A DNA stretch of 64,000 nt from Scyliorhinus canicula (taxonomy: Eukaryota): NCBI RefSeq assembly GCF_902713615.1, contig NC_052158.1, positions 38,493,729-38,557,728 on the forward strand, in the 5' to 3' direction. The translations under genes were made by a program, and so were the position numbers. This document shows positions 37,270 through 47,987 of the stretch, piece by piece. Position 1 is the first letter of the stretch. Each line of letters starts with the position of its first letter. The notes below the pieces were generated by a model. The model made no database searches, was not told the DNA's origin, and saw nothing but the letters and a program-made list of their open reading frames with translations.

Positions 37270-39020
37270 ATCACAGAATCACACAGTGCAGAAGAGGCCC
37301 TTCAACCATCGAGTTTGCACCAATATGTGAAAAACACCTGACCTACCTACCTAATCCCATTTGCCAACCCTTGACACTTGACCCGTGGCCTTGAATGTTG
37401 AGACGTACCAAGATCTCATCCAGGTACGTTTTAAAGGATGTGAGGCAATTCGCCTCTGTCTCCCTCCCAGACAGTGCATTCCAGACCGTCACCGCCCTCT
37501 GGGTGAAAATATTTTTCCTCAAATCCCCGCTAAACCTCCTGCCCCTCATTCGAACTTGTGCTCCTCATGACTTACCTTTTGACTCAGGGGAACTAAGGCT
37601 CCCTATCCTCCCTGTCATGCCCCTCATAATGTTGTAAAACTCGGTCAGGTCACCCCTCAGTCTTCTCTGCGCCAACGAAAACCAACCATGCCTTTCCAAC
37701 CTCTCTTAATAACAAATGTTCCATCTCAGGCAACATCCTGGTGAATTTCGTCTGCACCCTCTCCGGTGCAATCACATCCTTCCTATAATGTGGCGCCCAG
37801 AATTGAACACAGTACTCCAGCTGTGGTCTCACCAATGTTCTATACAACTCCAACATGACCTCCCTGCTTTTGTAATCTATGCCTCAATTGATGAAGGCAA
37901 GTGTCCCAGATGCATTTTTCACCATCACCTTCAGAGATCTATGGACAAACACACCCCTGGAACTTCCTGGTGACATGCCATTCACTGAATACTTCCTTGT
38001 CAAATTACTCCTTCCAAAATGTATCACCTCACACCTTTTAGGGTTAAATTCCATCTGCCCATTTCACCAATGGGTCTGTATCGTCCTGTAATCCAAGACA
38101 CAACCTCACATTTAACCACCCAGCCAATGTTTGTGTCATGCACAAACTTAATGAGCTTACACCCCACATAGTCATCTATGTCGTTTATATAATGACAAAT
38201 AATAGGGGACCCAGCACTGATCCCTGTGGTACTTCATTGGACACTGGCTTCCAGTCACTAAAGCAGCCTTCTGTCTCTTACAGCTGAGCCAATTTTGAAC
38301 CTACCTTATTAAATTACAATGTATCCCTTGTGCATTTGCCTTCTTTACAAGTCTCCCATTTGGGAACTTGTCAAAGATTTGCTGAGATCTATATAAACTA
38401 CAGCAACTGCACTACCCCCAATTACATACCTGGTCACCTCCTCAAATATTCAATCAAATGTGTTCGCATGACCTCCCTCTGACGAAGCCATGCTGACTAT
38501 CCCTGATCAAACCTTGCCTCTCTAAGTGGAGATAGATTCTCTCCTTTAGGATTTTCTCCAATATATTCCCGACCACAGACGTGAGACTCACTGATCTGTA
38601 GTTCCCTCACTTATCTCTGCAATCCTTCTTAAATAGTGGAACCACATCAGCTGTTCTCCAATTCTCTGGCATCTCCCCCATGGCCAGAGAGGAATTAAAA
38701 ATTTGGGTCAGAGCCCCTGCAATCTCTTCCGTCGCCTCCCACAGCAGCCTGGGACACAATTCATCCAGACCTGGGGATGTGTCCACTGCCGGCCTGCCAA
38801 CACCTCCAATAGCTTGTGAATTCAGATGTCAATTTGCTTAAGAACTTTGCAATCTCTCTCTGAGTTCCATACTTACATCCTCATTCGCTTGGGTGAAGAC
38901 GGATGTGAAGTATTTGTTCAACATCCTACCAATTTCCTCTGGCTCCACCCGCAGGTTGCCCCCTTGGTCCATAATGGGCTGGGCTTTTTCCCTGGTTATC
39001 CTTTTCCCATTGATATACTT
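37270..39020 (-). mobile_element. CR1 ORF2 fragments
   Basis: LYRTLVRPQLEYCVQFWAPHYRK and KYFTSVFTQ motifs on the minus strand. Confidence 0.8.
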
Positions 39021-39034
39021 ATACAATAGGGTGG

Positions 39035-39240
39035 CACGGTTAGCATTGCTGCCTCACGGCGCTGAGGACCTAGATTCGATTCCGGACCTGGGTCACTGTC
39101 CATGTGGAGTTTGAACATTCTCCCTGTGTCTACGTGGGTCTCACACCCACAACCCAAATATCTGCAGCGTAGGTGGATTGGCCACACTAAATTGCCCCTT
39201 AATTGGAAAAATTTTTTTAAATGTAGCCTTTTTTTCAAAA
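39035..39240 (+). mobile_element. V-SINE short A-tailed form (others near 39915-40122 -, 48438-48630 +)
   Basis: Head plus shortened V-domain (gggtttcgcccccacaaccc) plus ttaattggaaaaa tail. Confidence 0.75.
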
Positions 39241-40197
39241 AGATATACTTACAGAATATCTAGAGATTTTTCCTACTTTTACCAGCCAACGCTTTCTCAT
39301 ATCCCTTCTTTCTTCTCCTAAATGCTTTCATAAGCTCCATCCTGCACTTTCTGTACTAATGCCTTCGCTAATTTGTTTCCCTTGTATTTGCTAAAAGCCT
39401 CTATTTTCCTTCGCATCATATCTTGAATATTTATGATCATCCGTGGTTCTCTGGTAGACCTTGGAAAATAGGAGACAGGTTTAGATAAAGGATCTGGATC
39501 GGCGCAGGCTGGGAGGGCCGAAGGGCCTGTTCCCGTGCTGTAATTTTCTTTGTTCTTTGTTCTTCATATCACTTGAGAGGGAAAATGTTTGGCCTGTACC
39601 CTCCACATTTCCTTTTCAAATGCTCCCCACTGCTCTTCTGTAGATTTCTCCTCAAGTAGCTCTTCCCAGTCTCCTTTGGCCAGAACCTGCCTTATTTTAC
39701 TAAAATCTGGTCCCCCCAATCCAAAACTTGTCTTTGCAACTTGTTTATTTCTTTGTCCATAGCAAGCTTAAATTGTACCATATTGTGGTCACTGCACAAT
39801 CACTTGTTGGACCCTCTACATATTGACCTAAAAGGTTCTCCTGAATACATTTATGAAATCCACTCCATCTGAGCCCTTAACACTATGGCTATCTATGATA
39901 AATTTAGAGTACCCAATTAATATTTTTTCCAAGTAAGGGGCAATTCAGCGTGGCCAATCCACCTCACCTGCACATCTTTTGGGTTGTGTGGGCGAAACCC
40001 ATGCAAACACAGGGAGAATGTGCAAACTCCACACGGACAGTGACCCAGAGCCAGGATCGAACTTGGGACCTCGGCGCCATGAGGCCGCAGTGCGAACCCA
40101 CTGCGCCACCGTGCTGCCCCTGCCAAATTAGTTTAAACCCCCCTCAACAGCACTAGCTGTCACACAGTCGCTGCACCATCCCTCTGAGGAGCCTTAC

Positions 40198-40458
40198 CTT
40201 CAGCTCCATGCCGCTGTCGATAAAATATCTCAATGTTCCCTCTGACAAGACCATGGAATCCTGCCATAGTAATCATCATGGCGGCCCAGTGATCCTTCTG
40301 GAAGGAGTGAGCCATCCATCGCTGTCTGGGTACGATGCGCTGCAAGGTGCTGTCAAAATAGACTATCTGATAGTCATCCAGCATCGCCACCAAACTATAC
40401 TCAGGCAGCTCGGCCTGGCCAAGGTTCAGTAAGTAGTAAAATGCGAGGATGTGAAAAT
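40198..40458 (-). CDS. MHC class I-like heavy chain, alpha1 exon (261 bp)
   Basis: Acceptor tttatcctgcag, donor G|GTAAGG. Translation DFHILAFYY...LPEYSLVAMLDDYQIVYFDS...PRQRWM...DHW follows the class I alpha1 pattern (H3, D29/D30, W60). Confidence 0.93.
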
Positions 40459-40644
40459 CTGCAGGATAAAAAGTGGAAACCAGTCTCAAAAACACCATCG
40501 ATTGTGAAATAAGTGAGGTGGGAACATCACGGGTTAATGCTAAACTAGAGCTTAAGAAACAAGAGCAGGCCACAAAAACCCTCGGGCCCACTCCGCAAAC
40601 TCAGTAGGATCATTGCTGACCTGCTACCTGAAGAATGATGGGTA

Positions 40645-40866
40645 GGGCAGCACGGTGGCCTAGTGGTTAGCACAACCGCCTCACGGCGCTGAGGTCCCAG
40701 GTTCGATCCCGGCTCTGGGTCACTATCCGTGTGGAGTTTGCACATTCTCCCCGTGTCTGCGTGGGTTTCGCCCCCACAACCCAAAAATGTGCAGAGTAGG
40801 TGGATTGGCCACGCTAAATTGCCCCTTAATAGAAAAAAATAATTGGGTAATCTAAATTTTAAAAAA
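40645..40866 (+). mobile_element. V-SINE short A-tailed form
   Basis: 13-bp TSD aagaatgatgggt (40631-40643 and 40867-40879). Confidence 0.9.
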
Positions 40867-40952
40867 AAGAATGATGGGTGACCTTATTGATACATAAGAG
40901 AAAATGCTGGAAAATCTCAGCAGGTCTGACAGCATCTGAAGGGAGAGAAAGG

Positions 40953-40991
40953 AGCTAACGTTTCGAGTCCAGATGACCCTTTGTCAAAGCT
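40953..40991 (-). ncRNA. Degenerate minimal hammerhead motif in a short interspersed repeat
   Basis: AGCU-UUGACAA-A-GGGUC(AUCUG)GACUC-GAAACGUU-AGCU. Confidence 0.45.
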
Positions 40992-41214
40992 TTTTTTTTA
41001 AATTTAGTGTACCCAATTATTTTTTCCAATTAAGGGGCAATTTAGCCTGGCCAATCCATCTAACCTGCACATTTTTGGGTTGTGGGGGCGAAACCCACGC
41101 AGATACAGGGAGAATGTGCAAACTCCACACGGACAGTGACCCAGGGCCGGGATTCGAACCCGGGTCCTCAGCGCCGTGGGCAACAATGCTAACCACTGTG
41201 CCACCGTGCTGCCC
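40992..41214 (-). mobile_element. V-SINE short A-tailed form
   Basis: 15-bp TSD ccctttgtcaaagct (40977-40991 and 41217-41231). Confidence 0.9.
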
Positions 41215-41934
41215 TTCCCTTTGTCAAAGCTAAAAGATATAGAAAGTGGGAAACATTTATACTTAAGGGTAAGGGAAAAGAATGATTCATAGTCATTATT
41301 GAGACATCTGTTTTCAGGGGCTTTGCAGGGTAGATGTTGAGAGGTTGTTTCCCTTTGTGGGAGAGTTTGGGAACAAAGGACATAATCTCAGAATAAGGGG
41401 CCATTTGTCTGAGACATAGACAAGGAGGAATTTATTCTCTGAGATCTTAGTGAATATGTGAAATTCTTTACCACAGAGCGCTCTAGAGGTCGGGCCGTTA
41501 AGTATGTTCAAGGCTGATAAACAGACAATCAGTAAGGGAATCAAGGGTTATGGGGATAAATTGGGGAAGTGGAGTACAGGATTATCATTTCTGATCAGCC
41601 ATGATCTCATTTAATGGTGGAGTTCACACTAAATGGCCTACTCCTGCATCTGTTTATGGTGTCAAGCCCACTTTCCTTCCCACTCCCCAAGCCATCGATT
41701 CCATTCCTGCCCTAGCATTGATCACACTCACTGTTGAATATATGCACTGATGAGCACCCGCAACTCCCTGGGATAGGGAATTCCAAAGATCCCAATCAGA
41801 ATATTGTTTGGTTCAGAAGCGCGTCAAGGTCACAGAGAGGTTGTGGAAGAGATTTGCACCTGGTCTATGAAGCCTGAGCAACGAAGGCCGACTGGGATGT
41901 TTTCCGTTGGGACAGTGAAGGCCAAGGAGATTTG

Positions 41935-42640
41935 GGGCGCGATTCTCCCAAAGGGAGACTGAGTGCCGACGCCGGAGTGAAACCGGTGTTTCACTCCGGC
42001 GTCGGAGGCCGCTCCTCGTCCCCTATTCTCCCCCCCCCCCCCCCCCCCCCCCCCCCCGGGGAGCTAAGAGCGGCGTTGCGAGAAACTCGGGGGCCGGGCC
42101 TTGACGCTTGCGTCAAAGCGGTGGGCCGAGAATGACGCGGCCAGCGGCGCCTGAGTGACGTCGGCCACGCATGCGCAGGTTGGCCGGCTCCAACCTGCAC
42201 ATGTGCGGTTGCCGTCTTCCCCTCCGCTGCCCCGCAAGACGTGGCGGCTTGATCTTGCGGGGCGGCGGAGGGGAAAGAGTGCGTCTCTTAGAGACGCCGG
42301 CCCGCCCATCAGTGGGCACCGATCGCGGGCCAGTCACCTCACGAGCATGCCCGTGGTGCTCGATCCTCTCTCCACCCCCCCACAGGCCCCACACTTACCT
42401 GTCGCGCGCTGTTCACGCCGGCAGCGACCAGGTGTGGTTGCCGCCAGCGTGAACCCGTTGGGGTCGTCAGGCCGCTCGGACCATCTGGGCCGGAGAATCG
42501 CCGGTCGCCGGGAAAAATCTCCGAGCGCCGTGTCGCAAAACGCGACACGCCATTTTGGGGGGGGGTTGGGAGAATCACGGGGGGTGCAGGGCGGCGTGTC
42601 ATGATTCGCCCGGCCCTCCCGCAATTCTCCCACCCAGTGT
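41935..42640. mobile_element. Harbinger-type MITE, copy 4 (right TIR missing)
   Basis: Left end GGGCGCGATTCTCC; GC-rich body with internal ggagaatc motifs. Confidence 0.65.
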
Positions 42641-42737
42641 GGGGAGCAACTGGTCAAGAGGCTAAGACTATTGGGGAGATTGGTAAAGCAATGAGAAGAT
42701 TCGCAGGAACTTAAAACGTTAACTCTGTTTACCTCAT

Positions 42738-42960
42738 GGGACGGCATGTGGCACAGTGGTTAGCACTGGGACTGTGGCACCGAGGACCCGGGTTCAAATC
42801 CCAGCCCTGGGTCACTGTCCGTGTGGAGTTTGCACATTCTCACCATATCTGTGTGGGTTTCACCCCCACAACCCAAAGATGTGCAGGTTCGGTGGATTGG
42901 CCACGCTAAATTGCCTCTTAATTGGAAAAAAAATGATTGGATACTCTAAATTTAAAAAGA
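42738..42960 (+). mobile_element. V-SINE short A-tailed form
   Basis: TSD ctctgtttacctc (42723-42735 and 42963-42975). Confidence 0.85.
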
Positions 42961-44214
42961 ACCTCTGTTTACCTCTCCACAGACCTGCTGAGCTTTATCG
43001 AGCCTTTTCTGATTTCATATCAGGTTTGTTGCATTTGCAGTATTTTTCACTTTAATGATGTTCAAAGCTTCTCATTGTTTGGTGAGTCACGAGCCAGTGG
43101 GACAGCAATGATGTGTAGTGGTATTGTCAGTGGGCTGGCAATCCAACAACTTGTGGTAGTAAATTTGGGACCTGGTTCAAATCCCACCATAGCCGATGGT
43201 GAAGTTTAAATTCAATAAAACTCTAGAATTAAAAAGTCTCCTGAAATGTTTGTTGTAAAAACCCATCTGATTCACTAATGTCCTTTAGAGAAAGAAATCT
43301 GTCATGATTACTGGGTCTGACCGATCGGTGAATCCAGACCCACAGTAATGTGGTTGACTTTCAAATGGTCGAACAAGCCACTCAGGTAAGGGAAATGAGG
43401 AAAGGGCAATGAATACTGACCCAGCCAGCCATGCCCACATCCCATGAATGATTGTTTTTTTTCAAATCAAAGGAGAAAATGGACCAATTTGGGCTTTGAG
43501 AGAAATGTGGGATATTAGGGTATGGAAGCTGGGATTTTCTGCTTCCTCTTGGAATGGATGCCAGCAATCCATTCTGGAAAATTCATCACCCGCCATTCTC
43601 CCATCACATATGGGAGCAGTGGCATTGTTCGATGTGCCAATTTATTCAAGTCAATGACACTGTCTCCGACACTAGTTGAATAATTGCAGAGTCGGCAGCT
43701 AATTCCCTCCATAATCAGACATGGAGAGTTCATTTTGGCCTTGACTCAGTCCGACATGGTAATAAATCCCCATAGTTGACTCAGAATTTTTTTTTAAATC
43801 GTTCTTGGGCCGGAGAAGCCGATTGGGCAGTGCCAAAGTTCAGTGTGTTATCTACGAAGTGAAGGTGGAGCCGGGGGCTAGGTTGGAATCCACACCAACT
43901 GCATTGTCACCCTGGTTGACAGAGCAGAAGGAGTTTCAGAATAATTTCTATTTGTACAACGCCTGACGCAACTTCGGAGAGTCTCAAAAGGCTTCACAGT
44001 AAATGAGATGTTTCTGAAAGTGTCCAGTTGTTGCTTTGTGAGAAACTTCATTCATTGTGCAAAGTGGTTTTGAACCCAGAGCTCAAAGTATCAAATATGA
44101 GGATATGTTGCATATATTAATACTCCATTAGATAGTGAAGATTAAGGGGTTGTGTGATTTTGATGATGAAAGGGTTTGAAATGGTGGATAGAGGGAAAAT
44201 GTTTGAATTAGAAT

Positions 44215-45295
44215 TAGAACGGTACAGCACAGAACAGGCCCTTCGGCCCTCGATGTTGTGCCGAGCAATGATCACCCTACTCAAACCCACGTATCCACTC
44301 TATACCCGTAACCCAACAACCCCCCCCCCCCCCTAACCTTACTTTTTAAGGACACTAAGGGCAATTTAGCATGGCCAATCCACCTAACCCGCACATCTTT
44401 GGACTGTGGGAGGAAACCGGATGTTTGGGATGGACAATAAGTGTGGTCTCGCCAATTCATAGAATTTACAGTGCAGAAGGAGGCCATTTGGCCCATCGGG
44501 TCTGCACCGGCTGCTGGAAAGAGCACCCTACCCAAGGTCAACACCTCCACCCTATCCCAATAACCCAGTAACCCCACCCAACACTAAGGGCAATTTTGGA
44601 CACTAAGGGCAATTTACCATGACCAATCCACCTAACCTGCACATCTTTGGACTGTGGGAGGAAACCGGAGCACCCGGAGGAAACCCACGCAGACACGGGG
44701 AGGATGTGCAGACTCCGCACAGACAGTGACCCAAGCCGGAATCGAACCTGGGACCCTGGAGCTGTGAAGCAATTGTGCTATCCACAATGCTACCGTGCTG
44801 CCCATATCCATGATCCCCATAAACAAATTGAAGGAATTTTCTCTGGTGGGGGATTCCAGAACGAGGGAGTAATGACATCAGAAAGCCATTCTTCACACAA
44901 TAGATGCTGGAAATCTGGATCTCACACTCCCAGAAAGCTGATGGAGCTGCGAGGATCAATTGAAATTGTCATAGAAACATAGAATTTACAATGCAGAAGG
45001 AGGTTATTCGGCCCATCGAGTCCTCACCGGCCCTTGGAAAGAGCACCCTACTTAAGCCCACATCTCCACCCTATCCCCGTAACACAACCTAGCCTTTTGG
45101 ACAGTAAGGGCAATTTATCATGACCAATCCGCCTAACCTGCACATCGTTGGACTGTGGGAGGAAACCGGAGCACCCGGAGGAAACCCACCCAGACACGGG
45201 GAGAACATGCAGACTCCGCACAGACAATCACCTGAGGCTGAAATTGAACCCGGGACCCTGGAGCTGTGAAGCAACAGTGCTAACCACTGTGCCCT
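44215..45295 (-). mobile_element. Stack of three long-form V-SINEs (another near 46325-46510)
   Basis: Reverse-complement V-domain cores near 44370, 44620 and 45120. Confidence 0.8.
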
Positions 45296-45929
45296 AAGGT
45301 TTGTGACTGGATTGATTAATATTTGTGGGGTCGAGAGATTCAGGCTCATGGAAGCAAGGCAACCGGATGGAGTTAAGATCAAAATCTGCTGCAAAGTAAT
45401 TGGATGTTGGAGCAGGCTGAAGGGGATTGAATATTGTGTGATGGTTTGACTGTGTAAAGCAGCTTACACTCATGTAGCACCCCTTGTGCACCGAGAGACA
45501 CCTCAGAGAACACAGCGGAGATGGGTGGGGGTGCAAGTAGAGTCAAAATCACAGTTCGGAGAGAAGAAGCTACAAGAACTTCCGGAGGGTGGGAAGAGAC
45601 AAGGGGTGGGGTTCTCCTGTGCTTGGGATTCTCTTTTCCCGCCAGCAACGCACCCCCACCGTGGGTTTCCCAGCGGCATGAGGGTGGTTTAAATGGCAAA
45701 TACCATTGAAACCACCCTCATGCAGACCTGTTGTGCTCTCCTATGGTTGACCCCTTCCCCACCCCCAGATAAACCCCCAAACCTGGGCCAGGTTTCCTTC
45801 ATGTTTCTCAGCTCAATTGATCGTTAATGTCCAGGGCGCCATTTGAAAATCTGGCTCATCTTGTCTGCACCAACTCCGAATGAATACTCTACCCACGACC
45901 ACCCCAGCCTATCCCCACAACCTAATCTG

Positions 45930-46304
45930 TGTAGTGATATGTATTTATGCTGGTATATAAAGAGTTAACAACTACATCATAGTTTAAGATAACTACTGGA
46001 TGGCAGCACTAGATTCATGTAAAATAAGTGAACTCAAATGATCTTGGGTCTCTTCAAACCAGGAGTGACTGGACAGCAGTTAGAGAGAGGTATAGCATAG
46101 TTAATACTCATAGTTAAATTTAGTTCATACTTATTCTGATTTACTTTATCACCAGTTATAGTTCTGTAAGAGTGAACAAACTCGTTAGTATTTAATTTGT
46201 TATTCATTAAACGTATTTTGCTTTGAATTGAAGATTGGTAGTTTCTTTGAAATCTAACCATCAGACCATTCTGGAAGTAAAGCAAAGAGTAATGACCTAT
46301 TACA
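45930..46304. mobile_element. Possible solo LTR
   Basis: TGTAG...TTACA ends and AT-rich body; no TSD seen. Confidence 0.35.
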
Positions 46305-47003
46305 AACAAGTAATATACAAACCTGCACATTCCAGGACACTAAGGGGCAATTTATCATGTCCAATCCACCCAACCCGCACATCTTTGGACGTGGGAGGAA
46401 ACCGGAGCACCCGGAGGAAACCCATGCAGAGACGGGGAGAACGTGCAAACTCCACACCAGCAGACACCCAAAACCAGAATTGAACCCGGGTCCCAGGCAC
46501 TGTGAGGCAGCAGTGCTAATCACTGTGCCAATAGGCAGTGAGAGAGGACAGGAAACCTACATCAAACATCCACCTATACAGAAGAACTGAAGTACTGCTC
46601 AAAATATCTCTGCCTGCCCTTCCCCCTTGTATTCTCTTCTTACTCCCAACCCCGTTCCATTCCCAATTCTTCCTTTCAATCCCATTGCCTCTCTACCAAT
46701 CTTCTTCCCCCTTCCCGTCACATTCCTGTTATTCCCTCCCGAGTTACGGCTCTCAGACGTCCCATATCAATGACGATTATATGTAACGTCCACTTTGATG
46801 ATAGTAGGCAGCCCATAAAATAACAGCCCCCAAACAGAAACATGTCAGACAAATTATCAGCACAACTTGCCATGAAGACCCCCTCCTGAAGGGATCGCCC
46901 TATGTTGTGCCTGCCAATCTCATGGATGCCCCCTCACCCTCTCCACCCCCATACCTCCACCCCCTCCTCAAATTCTGCCGACAGAACTGTTAGAATTCCT
47001 TAC

Positions 47004-47055
47004 CGGAGGAGACTATGGACACACAGCAAACATTCAGCAAAGTAACAAGCAGCAT
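47004..47055 (-). CDS. MHC class I-like heavy chain, exon 1 (signal peptide MLLVTLLNVCCVSIVSS)
   Basis: Minus strand caaaATG, 17 mostly hydrophobic codons plus one G, then a GTAAG donor. The G joins the alpha1 exon's initial AT to give Asp in frame (phase 1). Confidence 0.85.
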
Positions 47056-47260
47056 TTTGAATTGACACACAGCACACTGATTAACCAGTAATGTAATCTC
47101 TTGCGCATCAGAACACCACGCTGGAGTGAAGCTACTTATCAGTGCTCATGTGAGGCAGGTCTGATAAGCAGATCCACTCAGATTGAAAATGGATTGTTCT
47201 GGTCACTGCTTTACCAGGGAGTAGATTATGCCACCTGCCTTTTACTGCAGGCGCTCACAC
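47056..47260 (-). promoter_or_regulatory. Putative proximal promoter/5'UTR of the class I gene
   Basis: Lies directly upstream of the leader ATG. Blocks such as CTCCCTGGTAAA.CAGTGACCAGAA and CTTCACTCCAGCG are shared with the inverted copy at 47708-47916. Confidence 0.5.
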
Positions 47261-47707
47261 ATTAAAATCATTTTAAATATGAGGGGAACGCAGCAGCCAC
47301 TTTGTGAGTAGCAAGCTCCCAGCAAAATCAACCTAATCAGGTGAGGGATAAATATTGGCTCTACGCTAAGGAGAACTACCCTACTCTTCAAAATGGTGTG
47401 ATGGGACCTTTGATGGAGATGGCAGATGTGATCTGTTTAATGTCTCATCTGAACCTCTGACAGTGCAGCACTCCCTCAGCAATCCCTCCACAACAATGCA
47501 GCTTTTCTCCTGTGCTGGTCATCCCACAGTGCCACACTCGCTCGGAGAGGGGAATTCTCTTCAGTGTCTTGTCAATACTTATCTCTCAATCAACATCACC
47601 TGATCATGTTGCTGTTCGTGGGATCTTGCTGCACACAAAATGGCTGCTTCACCCCCCCCCCTCCCCCCTTTCGTTGCTACATGCAAAAGATTGTTCGATA
47701 GACCGTA

Positions 47708-47987
47708 GTGTGAGCCCCTGGAGTAATAGGCAGGCAGCAGACTCCACTCCCTGGTAAATCAGTGACCAGAAGAATTCAGTCTCACTGGACCTGCAGAACT
47801 GCTGCACGTGCGCACCAATAAGTAACTTCACTCCAGCGTTGTGTCCAGATGCCGAAGAGATTAAATTACTGTTGCAACAGCTTCTCTCCTGGTTACTCAC
47901 TGTCCTCTGTTTCAACATGCTGCTTATCACTTTACTGAACATTTACTGTGTGCGTTCAGTCTCCCCAGAAAAGCAATTCAAACAGTT
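47708..47987 (+). pseudogene. Inverted paralogous promoter plus pseudo-leader exon (MLLITLLNIYCVRSVSP at 47917-47968; donor lost)
   Basis: Reverse-complement homologous to 46985-47260 with the same 17-codon+G exon, but followed by AAAAG instead of GTAAG. Confidence 0.8.

Noticed and set aside
40459-40591. Signal-peptide-like N-terminus of ORF 40160-40591 (MGPRVFVACSCFL...)
   Set aside because: It starts at GTG and lies upstream of a strong acceptor at 40459-40460; the real leader is at 47004-47055.
40645-40730. tRNA genes at SINE heads (A and B boxes)
   Set aside because: They continue into V-domain and tail sequence and show no complete cloverleaf.
46770-46900. TM-like frame WQVVLIICLTCFCLGAVILWAAYY on the minus strand
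   Set aside because: It is bounded by stops, has no convincing splice sites, and lies in intron 1.
47881-47942. Minus-strand GTGAGT donor with MFSKVISSMLKQRT as a candidate exon 1
   Set aside because: It is phase 0 and not hydrophobic; it is simply the antisense of the pseudo-leader.
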